Of a DNA stretch of 64,000 bases, positions 1-14,300 are shown piece after piece. This DNA is from Patellaria atrata CBS 101060 (taxonomy: Eukaryota). Position 1 is the first letter of the stretch, and each line of letters opens with the position of its first letter. Under the pieces are notes generated by a model. It ran no database searches. It was given only the letters and a program-made list of their open reading frames with translations, and had not been told where the DNA came from. The position numbers and the translations under genes are program-made. The stretch is taken from the NCBI GenBank assembly GCA_010093705.1, contig MU006097.1:569905-633904 (forward strand). The letters run 5' to 3'.

Positions 1-1009
1 CACCATCCGATATCATTAAAAGCGACTACGAATTCCAAAGAGCTGGATCGACCTCATTAGTGTCGTCCGCTTCATACTCCTTCATCAGGCGTGTTGAAGT
101 CCCGCAATTGGAGCCCATGATGTGAATGGTGCAACTATAGAAACTCGGAATAACTGAATAGTATGGCTGATGTGGGGATAGGAATTGAATATTGTGGGCT
201 AGATCCTGCGAGATGTGTTGATGTTGATGTTGATGCTGATGCGGATTTGACTTATGGAGGTTAGATCTGGGGATGTTCCGGAATGCTCGGGGTGTACTCA
301 GCTGTAGGAGTATAAATGATGATAGGGGTAGAGTAGAAAGAAGAAGAGAAAGAGAAGAAAAGAGTGGCAAAAAGGGGTTGAAGGGTTGACGACCGAAAAG
401 GGAAGAGAAAGGTAAAGAGGCTGAGGTGATTGAAAGATTGGGAAGAGGGCGCTTTGCAGCATAATTTAGAGAAGACGCCAGGCGATGAGGGAAATCGAGG
501 TTATAGTTACTCAGCACATACATATAGCTCAGACCTCAGTGTCCGGATGCCAATCGGGTCTCAGTGATTCTGTTCTAGATGATATGTGAGATTCAGGACT
601 AAGTCTATGAATCCGTTGGCTGATCACGGTAAACTCTAAAGCACTTTAAGAATCTGACTTGGGGTGAGGTCCTCGATTCTTTATGAGAAGTAATCCAAAG
701 TCTCTGATATAATCTATGTATCTTCGATGTAGGTGTCGTGGGCGTACAGTAGTTGTCCAACATCGGATGCTGGTCAGTGACCGAGCTCCGCAACCGGCCC
801 GAAACCCGAACTGCCTAACCCCAGACTATGAGTACTTTGAGTTACATATAGACGAAGAACTGTCCTTTTCTCAATTTTCTTTGTTAAACTAGGACGTACA
901 CTCAAGGGATGCCATATATATATATATCTGAGAGTTATCTCAGCATATTGACGGATTCCTTGGTAGATGAGTTCTAGGTATGGCTAAGGTGGATTAGTTC
1001 TACTAAAGA

Positions 1010-1016
1010 TGACTCA
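1010..1016 (+). promoter_or_regulatory. Gcn4/CpcA (cross-pathway control) response element TGACTCA upstream of trpC
   Basis: ATGACTCA at 1009-1016, ~130 nt upstream of the trpC ATG; amino-acid biosynthesis genes are classic Gcn4/CpcA targets. Confidence 0.6.
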
Positions 1017-1148
1017 GGGCAGAATATAAATCATTACACACTACTGTTCACAAAACAGAGCTGCTTTCCGTTGAACATACTGATTCACGGGAAAGTATAA
1101 AACGTCGAACTGGTCGATTTTCCTGGAGATACCATCTTGGAAGCAATT

Positions 1149-3529
1149 ATGGCTGGTTTATCCCTCGTTGACAATTCACCCCACAATCCTAAGCCATCTC
1201 CTCCCATCCCAACGGCCTCTAACGTTATCCTGATCGATAACTATGATTCCTTCACATGGAATGTATATCAATACCTCGTCCTCGAAGGAGCTACCGTCAC
1301 GGTATATCGCAATGACGAGATTACCCTTCAAGAATTAATCCACAAATCGCCCACACAGCTTGTTATAAGTCCGGGTCCTGGACATCCGGAGACAGATTCA
1401 GGAATAAGCAATGAGGCCATCAAGCACTTCTCAGGCAAGGTACCTGTCCTCGGTGTCTGTATGGGCGAGTAGGTATTCTGTCTCCATAACGTGCAGAACA
1501 CTGCTAATTATCCCCCACTAGGCAATGCATTTACGCAGCCTTTGGTGGTAAAGTAGATGTAACTGGAGAGATACTACATGGCAAAACATCCCAATTACAA
1601 CACGATGGGAAAGGCATGTATGCGAATCTACCGCAAGAGCTCAATGTCACTCGTTACCATTCCCTCGCCGGCACACATCCCACCCTCCCAGAGTGTTTAG
1701 AAGTCTCATCCTGGGTGAAATCAGGGACAGAAGGTGGCAAGAGCATAATCATGGGTGTTCGACATAAAACATACCTTGTTGAGGGAGTGCAATTCCACCC
1801 GGAAAGTATTTTAACGGAAGAGGGATATACGATGCTGAAGAATTTCCTTCACATGCAAGGCGGCACTTGGGCGGAGAATGAAAGACTCTCGGGGAAAGCA
1901 TCTAGGAACGGTACCGTCACTGATGGAACTCCTAAGTCTAAAGGGAATTCTATTCTTGAGAAGATATATGAACATCGCAAAACTGCCGTAGCGGCACAGA
2001 AGCAAATTCCATCGCAACGCCCATCGGATCTCCAAGCTGCTTACGACCTGCATCTCGCTCCTCCTCAGATATCGTTTCCTACCCGTTTGAAAGACTCACC
2101 GTTTAAGTTATCTTTAATGGCTGAGATAAAACGAGCCTCCCCATCCAAAGGCATTATCTCAATATCAGCGTGTGCTCCAGCTCAGGCGAGAACATATGCT
2201 GCAGCTGGTGCAAGTGTAATCTCAGTACTGACTGAACCCGAGTGGTTCAAAGGCAGCATTGAGGACTTGAGAGCTGTTCGCCAGAGTTTAGAAGGAATTC
2301 CCAACCGTCCAGCTATTCTTCGAAAGGAGTTTATATTCGAAGAGTATCAGATTCTAGAGGCGAGACTAGCGGGTGCAGACACAGTCTTGCTAATCGTGAA
2401 GATGATTGATGGTCCTACACTTGAACGACTTTACAGGTACTCAAAATCTCTGGGTATGGAACCGCTAGTTGAGGTAAACAATGTCGAAGAGATGGAAATT
2501 GCTGTCAAGTTGGGTTCTCAGGTTATTGGGGTGAACAATCGCAACCTTACGAACTTCGAAGTAGATATGGAAACCACCAGCCGCCTGATGGACTTGGTCC
2601 CGAAAGAGACTGTGGTATGTGCTCTGAGCGGAATCACTGGACCGCAAGATGTCGTTCCATACCTACAAAATGGCGTAGGTGCTGTCCTAGTTGGTGAAGC
2701 TTTGATGCGCGCCTCGAATGCCACGCTGTTCATTCGTGATCTAATTGGTACAAAAGAAAGTAAGGTCTCGAACGAGAAGCAAGGCAAACAAACTCTTCTA
2801 GTAAAGATCTGTGGGACACGCAGTGCTGAAGCGGCGAGAGCAGCCATAGAGGCGGGTGCTGATTTGATCGGTATCATACTAGTCAAAGGCCGGAAAAGGT
2901 GTGTTTCGGAGGAGACTGCCCTCGCCATTTCTAGAGTAATCCATGAAATACCTCGGGGGGGTTCGTCAGACGTCAATTCGGAACCAGACTCTTCGATAAC
3001 GGGGCGTCAATATTTCCAATACGCATCCTCACATCTTATATCACATCCCAAACGCGCTCTGCTTGTTGGAGTGTTCCAGAACCAACCTTTAGATTACATC
3101 CTAGCGCAGCAACAGCTACTAGATCTTGATATCATCCAACTCCATGGATCAGAACCACTGGAATGGGCCTCCTTGATACCTAGACCAGTGATCAAGAGCT
3201 TTGCACCGCAGGATAAACAGGTAGGAGTCCGGGGATATCACTCAATTCCATTACTAGATGCTGGATCTGGTGGATCCGGCCAAATGTTAGACGTGTCCGG
3301 CGTGGGGGAAGTATTGAAGAATGATCCGCATCTTCATGTCCTTCTTGCGGGAGGCCTCAATTCCGGGAACGTCCTAGATTATGTTACCTCATTAGGTGGC
3401 GTCGCTGGCCAAATCGCTGGTGTAGATGTTAGCAGTGGCGTCGAGACGAACGGAGAACAGGATATCGAGAAGATCCAATCTTTTGTCTCTGTTGTCAAAA
3501 ACTTCCATTCTAACAACGGCTCCAGTTAA
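1149..3529 (+). CDS. trpC: Trifunctional tryptophan biosynthesis protein (anthranilate synthase component II / IGP synthase / PRA isomerase)
   Basis: ATG 1149; intron 1469-1521 (GTAGGT..CTAG) joins GVCMGE|QC. GATase motifs [27 protein letters not shown] motifs [11 protein letters not shown] and LRKEFI; PRAI motifs VKICG and [15 protein letters not shown]. Confidence 0.97.
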
Positions 3530-4415
3530 TTTAACCGGGTGAGGATTCAGAAAGAAAAGTGTCTCTTATGATTCACGATTGTTCAACTAACGTTAATGGT
3601 TTGAAACGGATAGAGCTTACAGGACCGCTTGAGAGTATAAAGACCTCGTCTCTTACGCTCTATAAAGATTCAATAAATTCAGACACAGTTTTCCCATATG
3701 CCATACCCTTTCAACTAGCCTATCGCCTCTCACAATACATATCGTTACTCCATATGCCTTATGCGAATGATCGTCTATAGTGAAAAGGGGTTCATTAGAA
3801 GGCGGGCGTCGAATAGGAAGAAAACACACAACCTCCTTAATTAGCAGAGTGTAACCAGGCGATAAACCAATCAACGGGTAATCGGGTCCAAGCGCCTCTT
3901 TCTCCGTTCAAACAGTGTGTTGGGAAAGGTAAGATCTGGGAAGGTCGAGAAGTAATGGTCGAGGTGAGGGTCTATGTCTTTCTATAACACCTAATCAGAT
4001 TCCAATACACAATACATATGTGGTTAAAAAAACGGACTATGGCTCTGTCCAACTTATTTTATCTAATCTCATCTTGAATTACTAGACCGCTCTTTTAGTG
4101 GTCATAGGTATGGTTGGCGTTTTAGAACCTTTGCAAGTGCTGTCAGGGTGACTCTTTCGTTCCGTTTGTCCATATTTGACCGTGGTTTGTCATATGCACC
4201 ATCTTTTGAATCAGTATTAGATGGACAACTCGTGGTCTTCCAGTCTAACTCAATCTCAAAACACCACACTTTCTTCAGATCTCGTCTTCAATGTGATTGT
4301 CTCACAATCCGCCGCGAGCATCTGGTTCATTGCCAGAAAAGTGTGACATCTGCGCTCTCAATCCGCTGACCGTTTAGTTTTCTTTGTTATGGGTGCATAG
4401 GTTTGGGTAATCAAG

Positions 4416-5764
4416 ATGAAGAATCCATTGGCCAAACATGTCATCGCCATATCGGGCGAGTTTGGCTCTGGTGCTTCACATGACAACATGCGGCGATGGA
4501 TCGATGCTCATGGAGGCAAAACAACGTCAACCATTAACAACTCTACTACACATTTGATTTGTTCTAAGGACCACTGGAAGCACCAAGTCGCTGTAGGTGA
4601 GTACAGTACCTGGAATACATTCACTACACAGCAGTCATGCGCGTTTGCTGATCTTAGATGTCTCAGTCAAATCTGCTCGCAATTTTTCCAGCATTAAAAT
4701 TGTTTCTTATGACTGGCTTGAGGATTCTTTACGCGGCCAGACTCACAAACGCGAAGCTCCTTACTTGTGGACAAAACTAGAGAAGACAGACAAGTCGCTG
4801 AGAGAAGCAAGAGACAACAGGGAGCGGAAGGAAATGAAGAAAGAAGGTACATTATCCAGCTTCATGATCGATTGAATGACATTCAATTCTCTCACATGCA
4901 ATTGATACTAACAACATGACTCCTCACAGTTCGAGACTTTGAGGCTGGCTGCCAATCTGCCATGGAAGACATCGGCTCTGGTACGTCTGGAAAATCTTCT
5001 TGGGCTATTTCTGCATTATCATCATCATTTGGACCTCCTCAAGCAAACCTCAACAGCACGCCACCATCTAAATCCAAATCCAAATCCAAGTCACCAGACG
5101 AGAAGAAGGATCCAAAGACAGAACCACAAATTTACAGTAAAGGGACTAACGAATGGCCTGTTGATGACCCAGATAATCACCATATATACCGTGATACCAC
5201 AGGATTCGACTACGATGTGCACCTTGTACGGGTAGATAAATCCCGGAACATGAAGGAGTGGATTCGGCTTCGTGTAAGTCTCTCTTGTCAGAAACCCTCT
5301 AATCCGTGAAACATATTAAGCACTACCGTACTTACATGGAGACGATATAGATCTACGAATCCCACACCTTCCCTCACACCTACAGCACTCACTTCCTACA
5401 CTGCCTGCCTCCAAACGACCCAACCTCACATATTCTCTCTCCCATCGGCACACCCTTCAACCTTGCTTTCGCCGAGTTCCGCAAACTATTCAGGAGCAAG
5501 ACGAAGGTGCACTGGGATGAGCGTCTGAACACACAGCCACAGAACCAGGTATATATGGGTCCTCCGGAGGTTGTAACGAGCTATGGCATAGGGCAGAATA
5601 AGATGAAGACGGATTGGAATCCGGTGCTGCCGTTTCATTATATTCACCCGCAGGTGCATGAGCCGATTGGTATACTTCCTGGGGCTGGGATGAGGGTTTA
5701 CGGTTTGCATGGAATCGTGGGAGGGACTGGTGGTGAGGAGGCTAACGTTCGGTATTATGGATAG
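4416..5764 (+). CDS. BRCT-domain protein with C-terminal WGR-like domain (multi-exon)
   Basis: BRCT signature IAISGEF..WIDAHGG..THLIC..IVSYDWLEDS. Intron donors at 4598, 4848 and 5273, and probably 4981. Last exon IYESHTFPHTY...FAEFRKLFRSKTKVHWDERL resembles WGR domains. Confidence 0.75.
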
Positions 5765-6196
5765 GGGTTTGCATCTGAAATGGTGCACTGAATGTGGTGC
5801 ACTACGGTTCTTACTTACCTTGATATATCTTCGTCTCCTGGCGGAGAGGATGGCAATGTGGTTTCATTTATTACTTGGTTATTCCCCTTGGTGGTATGGA
5901 TTAGAATTATGGAATTCCTTCCGACTCCTGGAAAAGGAGCAAGTGTATTTACCTAACTCCGAAAATGCAATCCATTAACACTTTATTTTGCCGTTCAGGT
6001 GCAATGCTTTTAGTACTCATCGAGATGAATTGACGTTGTTAAGTAGAACTAGTTCTCTCGAAGCTCCGGAACCTCGGCTCATCGGAGTCGGATATCATCG
6101 CCATCCAAGCTTAAGATACAACAACACCACAACAATCATGGGCTGGACACATCAGAAACCCCCATTCTCCTCCTCCCTCCCCCCTTGAAGCTAACT

Positions 6197-7224
6197 ATGT
6201 CCCCCTCAAAAACCCCCAAAGCAATCCTCTTCGACATCGGAGGTGTCTGCGTGCGTAAGCTCCCATCTCCTCTCTCTCTATACACCCACCTCTACTACCA
6301 TATCATAGAGCAATCACATGTAAAAAGCAAAAGCAAAACACCATTCCCAGTACTAGACTAACGCCTTAAAAGGTCATCTCCCCTTTCCGCGCAATCCTCG
6401 ACTACGAACTCCACAACCACATCCCCATAGGCTGGATCAACTTCTCCATCGCGCGCTCCTCCCCCCAGGGGGCCTGGCCACGGCTCGAACGCGGCGAAAT
6501 CCCCCTCGACGACGCCTGGTTTGCTCAATTCTCCGCCGACCTCACCAATCCCTCTCTGTGGGCCGAATTTCTCAGCTCCAAAGCCCCCCACGAACGACCA
6601 AAAGTGACAGACCCGACCACGCCACCGCAAATCGATGCCAAAACCCTTTTCTGGGACATGATGCGCATATCCCGCACGCCGGATCCGGAGATGTACCCGG
6701 CGCTCGTGGCGCTCGTCGCGTCGGGGAAGTTTTTGATTGCCGCATTGAGTAACACTGTTAAATTCCCGGTGGGGATTAGGGATGAGAGGGGGGATTTGTT
6801 CAACGGGGGCTCCCATTCCCCTATACCTTCTTCCTCTTTTTCCTCCTCTGTCACCCCTGACCCTAACACTACTACCGGCGATGGAGGGAACGGGCCCCAT
6901 ACAACGCTCAACCCCCTCGCGTACCTCTTCACCCCGTACATCTCCTCCGCGCACTGCGGTCTTCGCAAGCCGGACCCGCGCATCTACCACTACGCGCTGG
7001 CGGAGCTTAATAGAGTCGCCAGGGCACAGGGGAGAGGGGAGTTGGAGATGCGGGATGTGTTGTTTTTGGATGATATTGGGGCGAATTTGAAGGCGGCGAG
7101 GAGGGTGGGTATGAGGACGCTTAAAGTCGAGTTGGGGAGGACGGGGGAGGCGGTTAGGGAGTTGGAGGGGGTGACTGGGTTGGATCTATCTGGGGTTACG
7201 GGGACAGGGAGGGCGAGGTTGTAA
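6197..7224 (+). CDS. HAD-superfamily hydrolase (epoxide-hydrolase N-terminal phosphatase-like)
   Basis: MSPSKTPKAILFDIGGVC, intron 6251-6372, then VISPF; motifs AALSNT, GLRKPDPRIY, FLDDIGANLKAA. Confidence 0.9.
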
Positions 7225-7954
7225 TACGGTTTAAGGGTGTAGTGGGCGGGGGGATGGGAGGGAGGTATGATGTCCAGTAGGGGGACTTCCAACATCACAT
7301 TCCAAGAAGCGCAACCGATCTATTTGCTCCTCACTATCACCCCACGTGAGCACCGAGTATACAGTGGGACTAAGCACCCATCTCCACACCCCACAAGCAC
7401 CCCCTCCCTTGTCCAACCTCCACGGTACACACTCGGAACATAACCCTATATCATACCCTTCAACGAACGCAGTAACCCGTTCTTAACAAAAGCACCTCAC
7501 CCTAATCCACCATTTCTCCCGTCAGAGCCGAGTCGAGGTCCAACCCTATCCCACCGAGAAAATTAGGACTACGACCATGACTACAATATAAACATACTAT
7601 CCGTCTATACCGCTTCCCCTTCTCCTTTCCCCTCACATAAAGCACGATACGCTAAACGGAAGAACCACACAAACCATAGGACCGGGGATAAGGCCAGATA
7701 AGGTAATGCAGTTACGACCGCGCCGGCAATGGAAGGAGATGAGGTTGGATATCTCTAATTTTAGATATTTTGGTTCGGGTTCATTCACATTAATATTCTC
7801 ATCCGCATTCCCGCAACTTGAGTGATAAGTGACGAAGGGATGTCTTACGGCTTTCCGATCCTCATTCCGTCGTTGTTGGGCGTTATCCTGGAACCCTCAC
7901 ATTTTTTTTTGATCGATACAAAGCATGGCGATGTTTATATTTCCCCTCTACGAG

Positions 7955-7955
<1 letters not shown>

Positions 7956-8014
<59 letters not shown>
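7956..8014. repeat. poly(C) tract, 59 nt
   Basis: Uninterrupted C run seen directly. Confidence 0.95.
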
Positions 8015-8017
<3 letters not shown>

Positions 8018-8296
8018 CCTTCGAAACCCCCACCCTTTATACTCTTCCTCCCTAGCAGCGTCTTAGCCTCTACCCGTCAAGTAGCATGACAACCCCACTT
8101 TATCCCGCCTCAGCACAAAACTCGACCACAAAGGCACCAGTCCTGCAGAGTCGCTCAAGAAACAGGTAATGCGGGGAAAGACTGGAAAGAGACCTGGCGG
8201 AGGTGTTCCAGGGGTTTGGTGTGTAGAGTGTAGAGTGGAGTACTAGCTGCGGGACGGAGATGGTGGTGCTGGATCGATTACGGAGATGTTGGATTT

Positions 8297-8320
8297 GGGG
8301 GGGGGGGGGGGGGGGGGGGG
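8297..8320. repeat. poly(G) tract, 24 nt
   Basis: Uninterrupted G run seen directly. Confidence 0.95.
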
Positions 8321-11300
8321 TTGAAGGTGAGAGTTGATTTTCGGGTTGGTACAGGGTAGGTATAGGTATGTTTACTTCATTTTCTTTTCATTTGTTTTCG
8401 GGAGTAGGTCAGAAGCTTTCAGGGATTCGGGAAATCGAGAGTGGTAATGGTCAGTTCATATGTCTTTTCAGATATAAAAGAAAGGGCTTATATAGAGCGT
8501 TACTGTATGAAGTGTTTACTTTAGGATTATGTGGAGAGATATCGAGCGTGGAGAAGTATGGAATAGATCCATTTACTTTGATAGTGGAAAATTATGGCAT
8601 GCAATCTCCTATTTTGGTATTGATATATCTAGGATTCTATATGCTGTACTAGATGTATATATAGACAGGTTTATGTTGAGATTTCTAGTGGAATTCCATA
8701 ATTTGCAAGATAGTTGTTCTGTACAGTCCAGTCTGGCCATAGAATAATTCAAGAATACCTATACGAAGCATAGGAATGCCGAAACAAGCAGAGACTTATA
8801 ACGATATAGAAGACGAAAGTAGATTATGAAAGGGAAAAAAAAAAAAAAAAGCACACCTACCGGAAGACATATAAGTCTTAAAACGATATCAAGTCCTACC
8901 TTCAGACTGAAGATAGTCCACAACTACAAATATCTCTCTCGATCTATAGGATATCGCTTGTAGCACTAATGCTCGGTTACCATCGCCATAACCACTCCCC
9001 GAACCCAAACCGAACCAAAAACACAAACACCAAGTAGTGCTACAGCATCGGATGACTCGGTCCTCTAGCACGAAGCGTCCAGAGCTAGAAAATGCCGTGT
9101 TGCCCCCGTTGGGAGCCGCAGGGTTCCGACAGGGGCAAAAGTCCCAAAGATACAATTGTTGAGGAACGGGTGGATTCCTTTATCCCGGATAACGCCTACT
9201 GTGCGCATACGTGTACAACGTACAAAGCTGAAGGAAGGAGGTACAGGGTATAGGGTACCTTAGTGCCTGCCTAGTTCGGTTGGACAGGGGACTTGACAGT
9301 TTCCTATTTGACCTGTCACGTGTCTATCTTTGGGCATAAAATCTGGCAAACCTTAAGGTTGTAAGGTATGCTAGCCGTTCTTGCCTACATTGATGCTTTC
9401 CTGAATCCCGGGGGCATTGGTTGTTGTTGCCCCGAAGTAAGCAGTTAGGAGAACATTTGCCTGAAAAAAGGCTCATGAGGGACCTATGGGCCTTTCACGG
9501 CACTTGGTAAAAGTGATAGTGATCTAGTCGGAGCGTTGGGCGTTAGCTATTACTCAGAAATGATGGTGTTCGTGGTAAGGTAGTATCGTCGCGTACACTT
9601 CTCTGAAGATGTTTCTCCACTGGGTGTTCTTGAATAGTTCAACATGAAGAATTTTTTCAAGCCACCATGTGGCGACATCGTTTCGCCGATAACAAACGGT
9701 AAGGTAAGACCGTCAACGGTAGTCAATATTCCAGGGCCCTGACGGCTTTTTCTCGGACGTGGTGTCAAATTTCACGTGGGATTCGTTGTCCCGAGCTGTG
9801 TTTGGACTGCATATAATCGTTAGCCCAGATCTTCACTTAGTTGCCGTGTACTGCATGGAATGACTTCACACTCATGTGTGGAAGGTTAGAATAGGGTTGG
9901 GATCGTTCAATTGGTGTCATAAAAGAACAACCTGCATCAAACGAAGAGGTCGAGATGTGTAGGCTTCGCTCAAGATAGGTGATTGTCAAAGCTGAGGTTT
10001 CTGAACAACAGATCAGATACTCTGACGTCGATAGTTCGTCAAAAAAAAAAAAAAAAAAGAAAAAGAAAACCTCGTCTACAACTACTGTATGCTTTAGCGG
10101 ATATCGTGTAAAAGTGATTAAAGACGGCGGACTTGGACAAACAAGGGTAGAAGAAGAAACAGCTTTAGAAAGAGCTAAGATACATAGTCCGTATACGCAC
10201 CTGATCTTTACAAACCGCATATCTAGCCAAGTTTAGCATGACATGTCTCTATCTTACCGTTCGCTAAGAACATCTCATCGTCTTCGTTATTGTTTCGTAT
10301 GGTGGAATGAAGCCATCTACGTCAAGTGACGATGTTATGCACAAAGATCTGAAAGTGGGATATTCCGAACACTGGAATAGACGTTAAGCGCAATAACGGT
10401 ATTGGCAGATCACCTGAGAACGGAAATATTCTTGTTGCTCACTAAATAATAAGTTATTGCCGGGGTATCCAACTTACAATCGACACCTGCACGATTACGC
10501 GCCTTTGCACATAGAACTATTCATCCTGCAAATCCCTCACACAGTATCATTAAATAATATGGTATGAAGGACAAAATAGAGTATCTAGCATGAAGCAATA
10601 CAACGTATAGTACACTATTATTGTAAAATGTCATGTCCGTAGTCAGAGAGAACCTGCATTATATTGACACATCAGCAGCCAAATATTTGTAAGAAAAATC
10701 TTGTCAGTAAGGTAAGGTAACGACGAACTATGAGTACCGTCTCCATGAGCGCGTGCGGACCATGCAACCTAAAGACGGAGATCCATGTGCAAATAAGGGT
10801 ATCAATCGGCTTCCAGCGCAGTGTCTTAACGAGCACGATTTGTACTTTACGCTTCAGTTCTACCTGTTTAATCTCAAAACAAACAGCCTGGAGAATCGAC
10901 TGTATGCAGGAACTCAAATGTCCCTACATCTGTATTTCGATCTCATGACGATTGATCCCCAATTGAGGTAAGAACCAGGTACGGCTAATCACGAGTTCGA
11001 GACAGTGACAGGCCGGGATAGATCATCTCGAGGTAGAGAATGCAAGGAGGACCTTAATATCTATATTCAAACAGAACCTTCCTGGACTGCGTCTGCGAGG
11101 TGTCTAACACGACTTCCTCTTCCTGTCTTCCTGCCCGGCTTCGGAATAATGTAGTCAATGGCTGTGGGGCGAGTGATCTACCAGCCTGCTTTGCCGATAG
11201 TACTAATATCCGATCAATTTCTGTACTGAGAAAGAGTCCCACAAACGAAAAGGAAAATCAACGATCAGCGAGTTGAAAAGTCTAGAAAGGCCCCCAGAAT

Positions 11301-14300
11301 AGCTACGGCTATCGATTGAAGGTAAACGGGTAAAAGATCAACGAACCATGTGGTGAAGGCTCAAGAAGCCCTTATGGCTTTCAGCTTTAGCCATAGGGAT
11401 TTGTGGTGTATAGTAAAGTGTTTGATATATATGAGTTTGGAAGGTGGAAAAGCGACGAATAATATGGACGGAGGAAAAAGGAAAGGCGCAGTAGCAAATT
11501 GCCCGTGACGGAGTGATAAGGTACTGTACCTACCTTATGTGCGTGGGCATCCATGCTGATGAAGCTAAGCTGAAGGTATTACTTTAGGGAAGTTACTCGT
11601 GTAGTTGCCCTCCTGGTCTGTTCCTTCTCATCCTGAAGATGTTAAGTGTCGGTGGCGCTGGAACTAAAGGTGGGCTGTAAGCGATTCCAATCAGAGCTTC
11701 TCGAAAGGACGCAGGAAATAAAACTGGTGGGACACAGCCGACTTGAAGCCGGAGCGCATGACCCAAGTTCATCCAACCCCAGATTTTTCTTCCGATCGAG
11801 AAATGATTGTCGGAAGTCAAAACCCGCTCGAGACACCGTGCACCCAAGAAGCTAAAAAAAAAAAAGCGCGATGCGTCCGCGAAAGCGCCACGCTTTTCAT
11901 GCTGTCCGTGCAGTCGTGCTACACTACTTTCGTTAAGTTTCGTCCCATAACAGTAGCAGACTAGGTAAGCCGACCCTCCTGTGGCTCTGACGATTTCTAC
12001 GATTTCTTCGTGAATAATGCCCTTGCTGCCGCCGCGCGGCGGAGCCTTTTCCTGTTTCTCTTTGGTCCAATCTCGATTTCTAACGAGACGCTAATGTCGC
12101 ACAGCAAAATCGTCTAGGGTGGATCGTACCCTCGATGCCTTACCCCAGGTTTTCTCTTAGGTGGCGGCTGTCAGCAGTCATCATCCTTCAAACCTGGGGT
12201 CTTCAAACATCGGCCAGTTTGATTGCTCAGAGGTAAAGGTAAGCATAACCAGGGAGACGGCGACCATGCTGACGGGCTTTTTGATGGGCAGATCTGCCGT
12301 TGTTCTCTTGCTAGAATGCGAAGGCCTGATCTACGCGATATTAACAGTCACTCTGAATTTGAATATCTGTGTAAACTGTGTGGCTTTTTGTCAATCAAAT
12401 GGAAAGTTGCGACAGGGGGTTACTGCAAGAGCCTGTAAATCCACTTTGTAGCACGTCTCAGGTTCCTTGTCAGAGCCTCTCAGAAGTCTTGCTGTTTCGA
12501 TGTCGCACGCAGGGTCCCAGTCAGCACGATCTCGGAAGCCTAAGCATATTTCGACCCGTGCCTTTTCTCGGCCTTCGCCCAGGGCCATATTGTTTGCCAT
12601 ATAGTTCAACTCATCTTTTGCCGGGTAACAACAATTCATAATAAATTGTCTTCCGCAACCAGATGGGCCAGACTAGGCGAATAACGTGCGTGATATTGCA
12701 CACCTAGATGGATTGTTGGCCCTCTCTTTTGCATTTCAAAAACCCGTGCCTGACACATTTAGACTGAGTCGTGGTGCTGTAAACTTGCTCGTTAACAACG
12801 GAGGAATCTATTTAGATAGCGCAACGTTCCGGTGTACCGCGTACTAAGACGAAGAGGGCTCATACGTGCCACAAGTGGTTGATATTTCAGTCCTTTAAGG
12901 CCTAGTTTTAAGGTATTGTATCTGGCTAATGAAGCCATAGAGTACGGACTAAGAACGTGGTCAGAATGTCCACGGTCCTGGCCATCAATGGATTCCTTTA
13001 GGATATCGTTCCAAGCTTAATTGACAGTTTGTGCTCTTTGTATGATTGAATGAGGTATCATCCGGCGTTTCGAGATGAATACATCATGTCTGATATCAGG
13101 TTTCTAAATCCAAAGAGCCTGAAAACGCATGAATAGCCGCTTTGCGAATAATATAACGATAGAAAGGTAAATAAAATAGCTCAAAGAGTTTGCGCAGCAT
13201 AAGGTTGAAGGAGCTTAAGCAGGGAACTAGTGAAGTATTTCTCCGTGAATGGATGGACCCCTTGGGCCTTGTGGTCGAGGGTTCGGCCTCGGTGTACAGT
13301 ACTAGGAAGGTCAAGGTTAAAGGTTGCTGCAGAAGATTCACAACCGTCTTTAGCAGCGAAAGGAGGCCGGGAATGGTATACTGTAGAGTAGGTAATTGAT
13401 TACCGTATGTTCCGTATGGACCTTCTTCACACGAGCCGTGTGAGCCAGTCCCGAAGCTTTTAATCCTGCATGCATGCATCAGCAGCAGCAGCAAGCGGCG
13501 TCACAGTCCATCCATGTCGAAAGCGAAAAAAAAGGTCCATGGATTGATGGGCTCATGGGCTCATGGGCTTCATGGGCTCTGAAAAGACGTTGATTCTGCA
13601 TTTTCTGCTGTGTCATGCTCCCGCTGCTCTCCAAGACGCTACTCGCCTACTGGCCAGAAGCTATTACGACGGCATCCTCATAGGCGCATGCGCGACGGCG
13701 AATCTTCGTGGTTTGCTGAATCGTTCGTCGTTCATCGTTCATAGCTTGCGAGCTCCCTTTTTCCTTCCAGTTCTTTTCTCTCATTTGTCACTTTTGTCCG
13801 TTGAAGGTTGTATGATCTCGTCTGAGAAGAGAAAGAAAGAAAACGAGGGATCTCGGTACTTGCTGGCTTATTGAAGGCTCGAAAACGCTCTTTCTAGCTT
13901 CTCGGCAACCCACTCAGGCCAACCCCAGCTTTTCTTCCCGTTGCTCCTGCTGCTTAGGTTGTCCTCCCACCAGGAACTTGCCTACAAGTGCCCACAGGCT
14001 ACCCAAGTGTAGTGGAGGGTAGTATTCGTCTAGAAGTTCGCCGTCTACGCAATTTCCCCGTCCAGAACTTCTACTCATCTCTCTCTCGCTTTGCCATTAT
14101 TAGAGAAAAGAGTTCTGTTCTGTTTGGTTGACGTTTACTTTGAACGTAAACTGTTCAGGTCTGGAGGCAATTTGTTTTGATCTCTCGACCTTTGCAGATT
14201 TCCCAAACATCTAACCGCGGCGAACTGAACGGAGTGGGAGTTACTTCGATCAACTACGCTTGATATCCCAAAACCTCGACCTTCTGTGACTTTGCGGCTA

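Noticed and set aside
26..523. 165-aa minus-strand ORF
   Set aside because: Mostly low-complexity UTR-like sequence with a CATCAA microsatellite. Only the last ~30 codons (MGSNCG...LWNS) might be a first exon of a gene leaving the window, which cannot be supported here.
7822..8055. Poly-proline ORF
   Set aside because: Translation artefact of the poly(C) tract.
9837..10236. Poly-Lys / poly-Phe ORFs
   Set aside because: Produced by an A-tract; no protein-like features.
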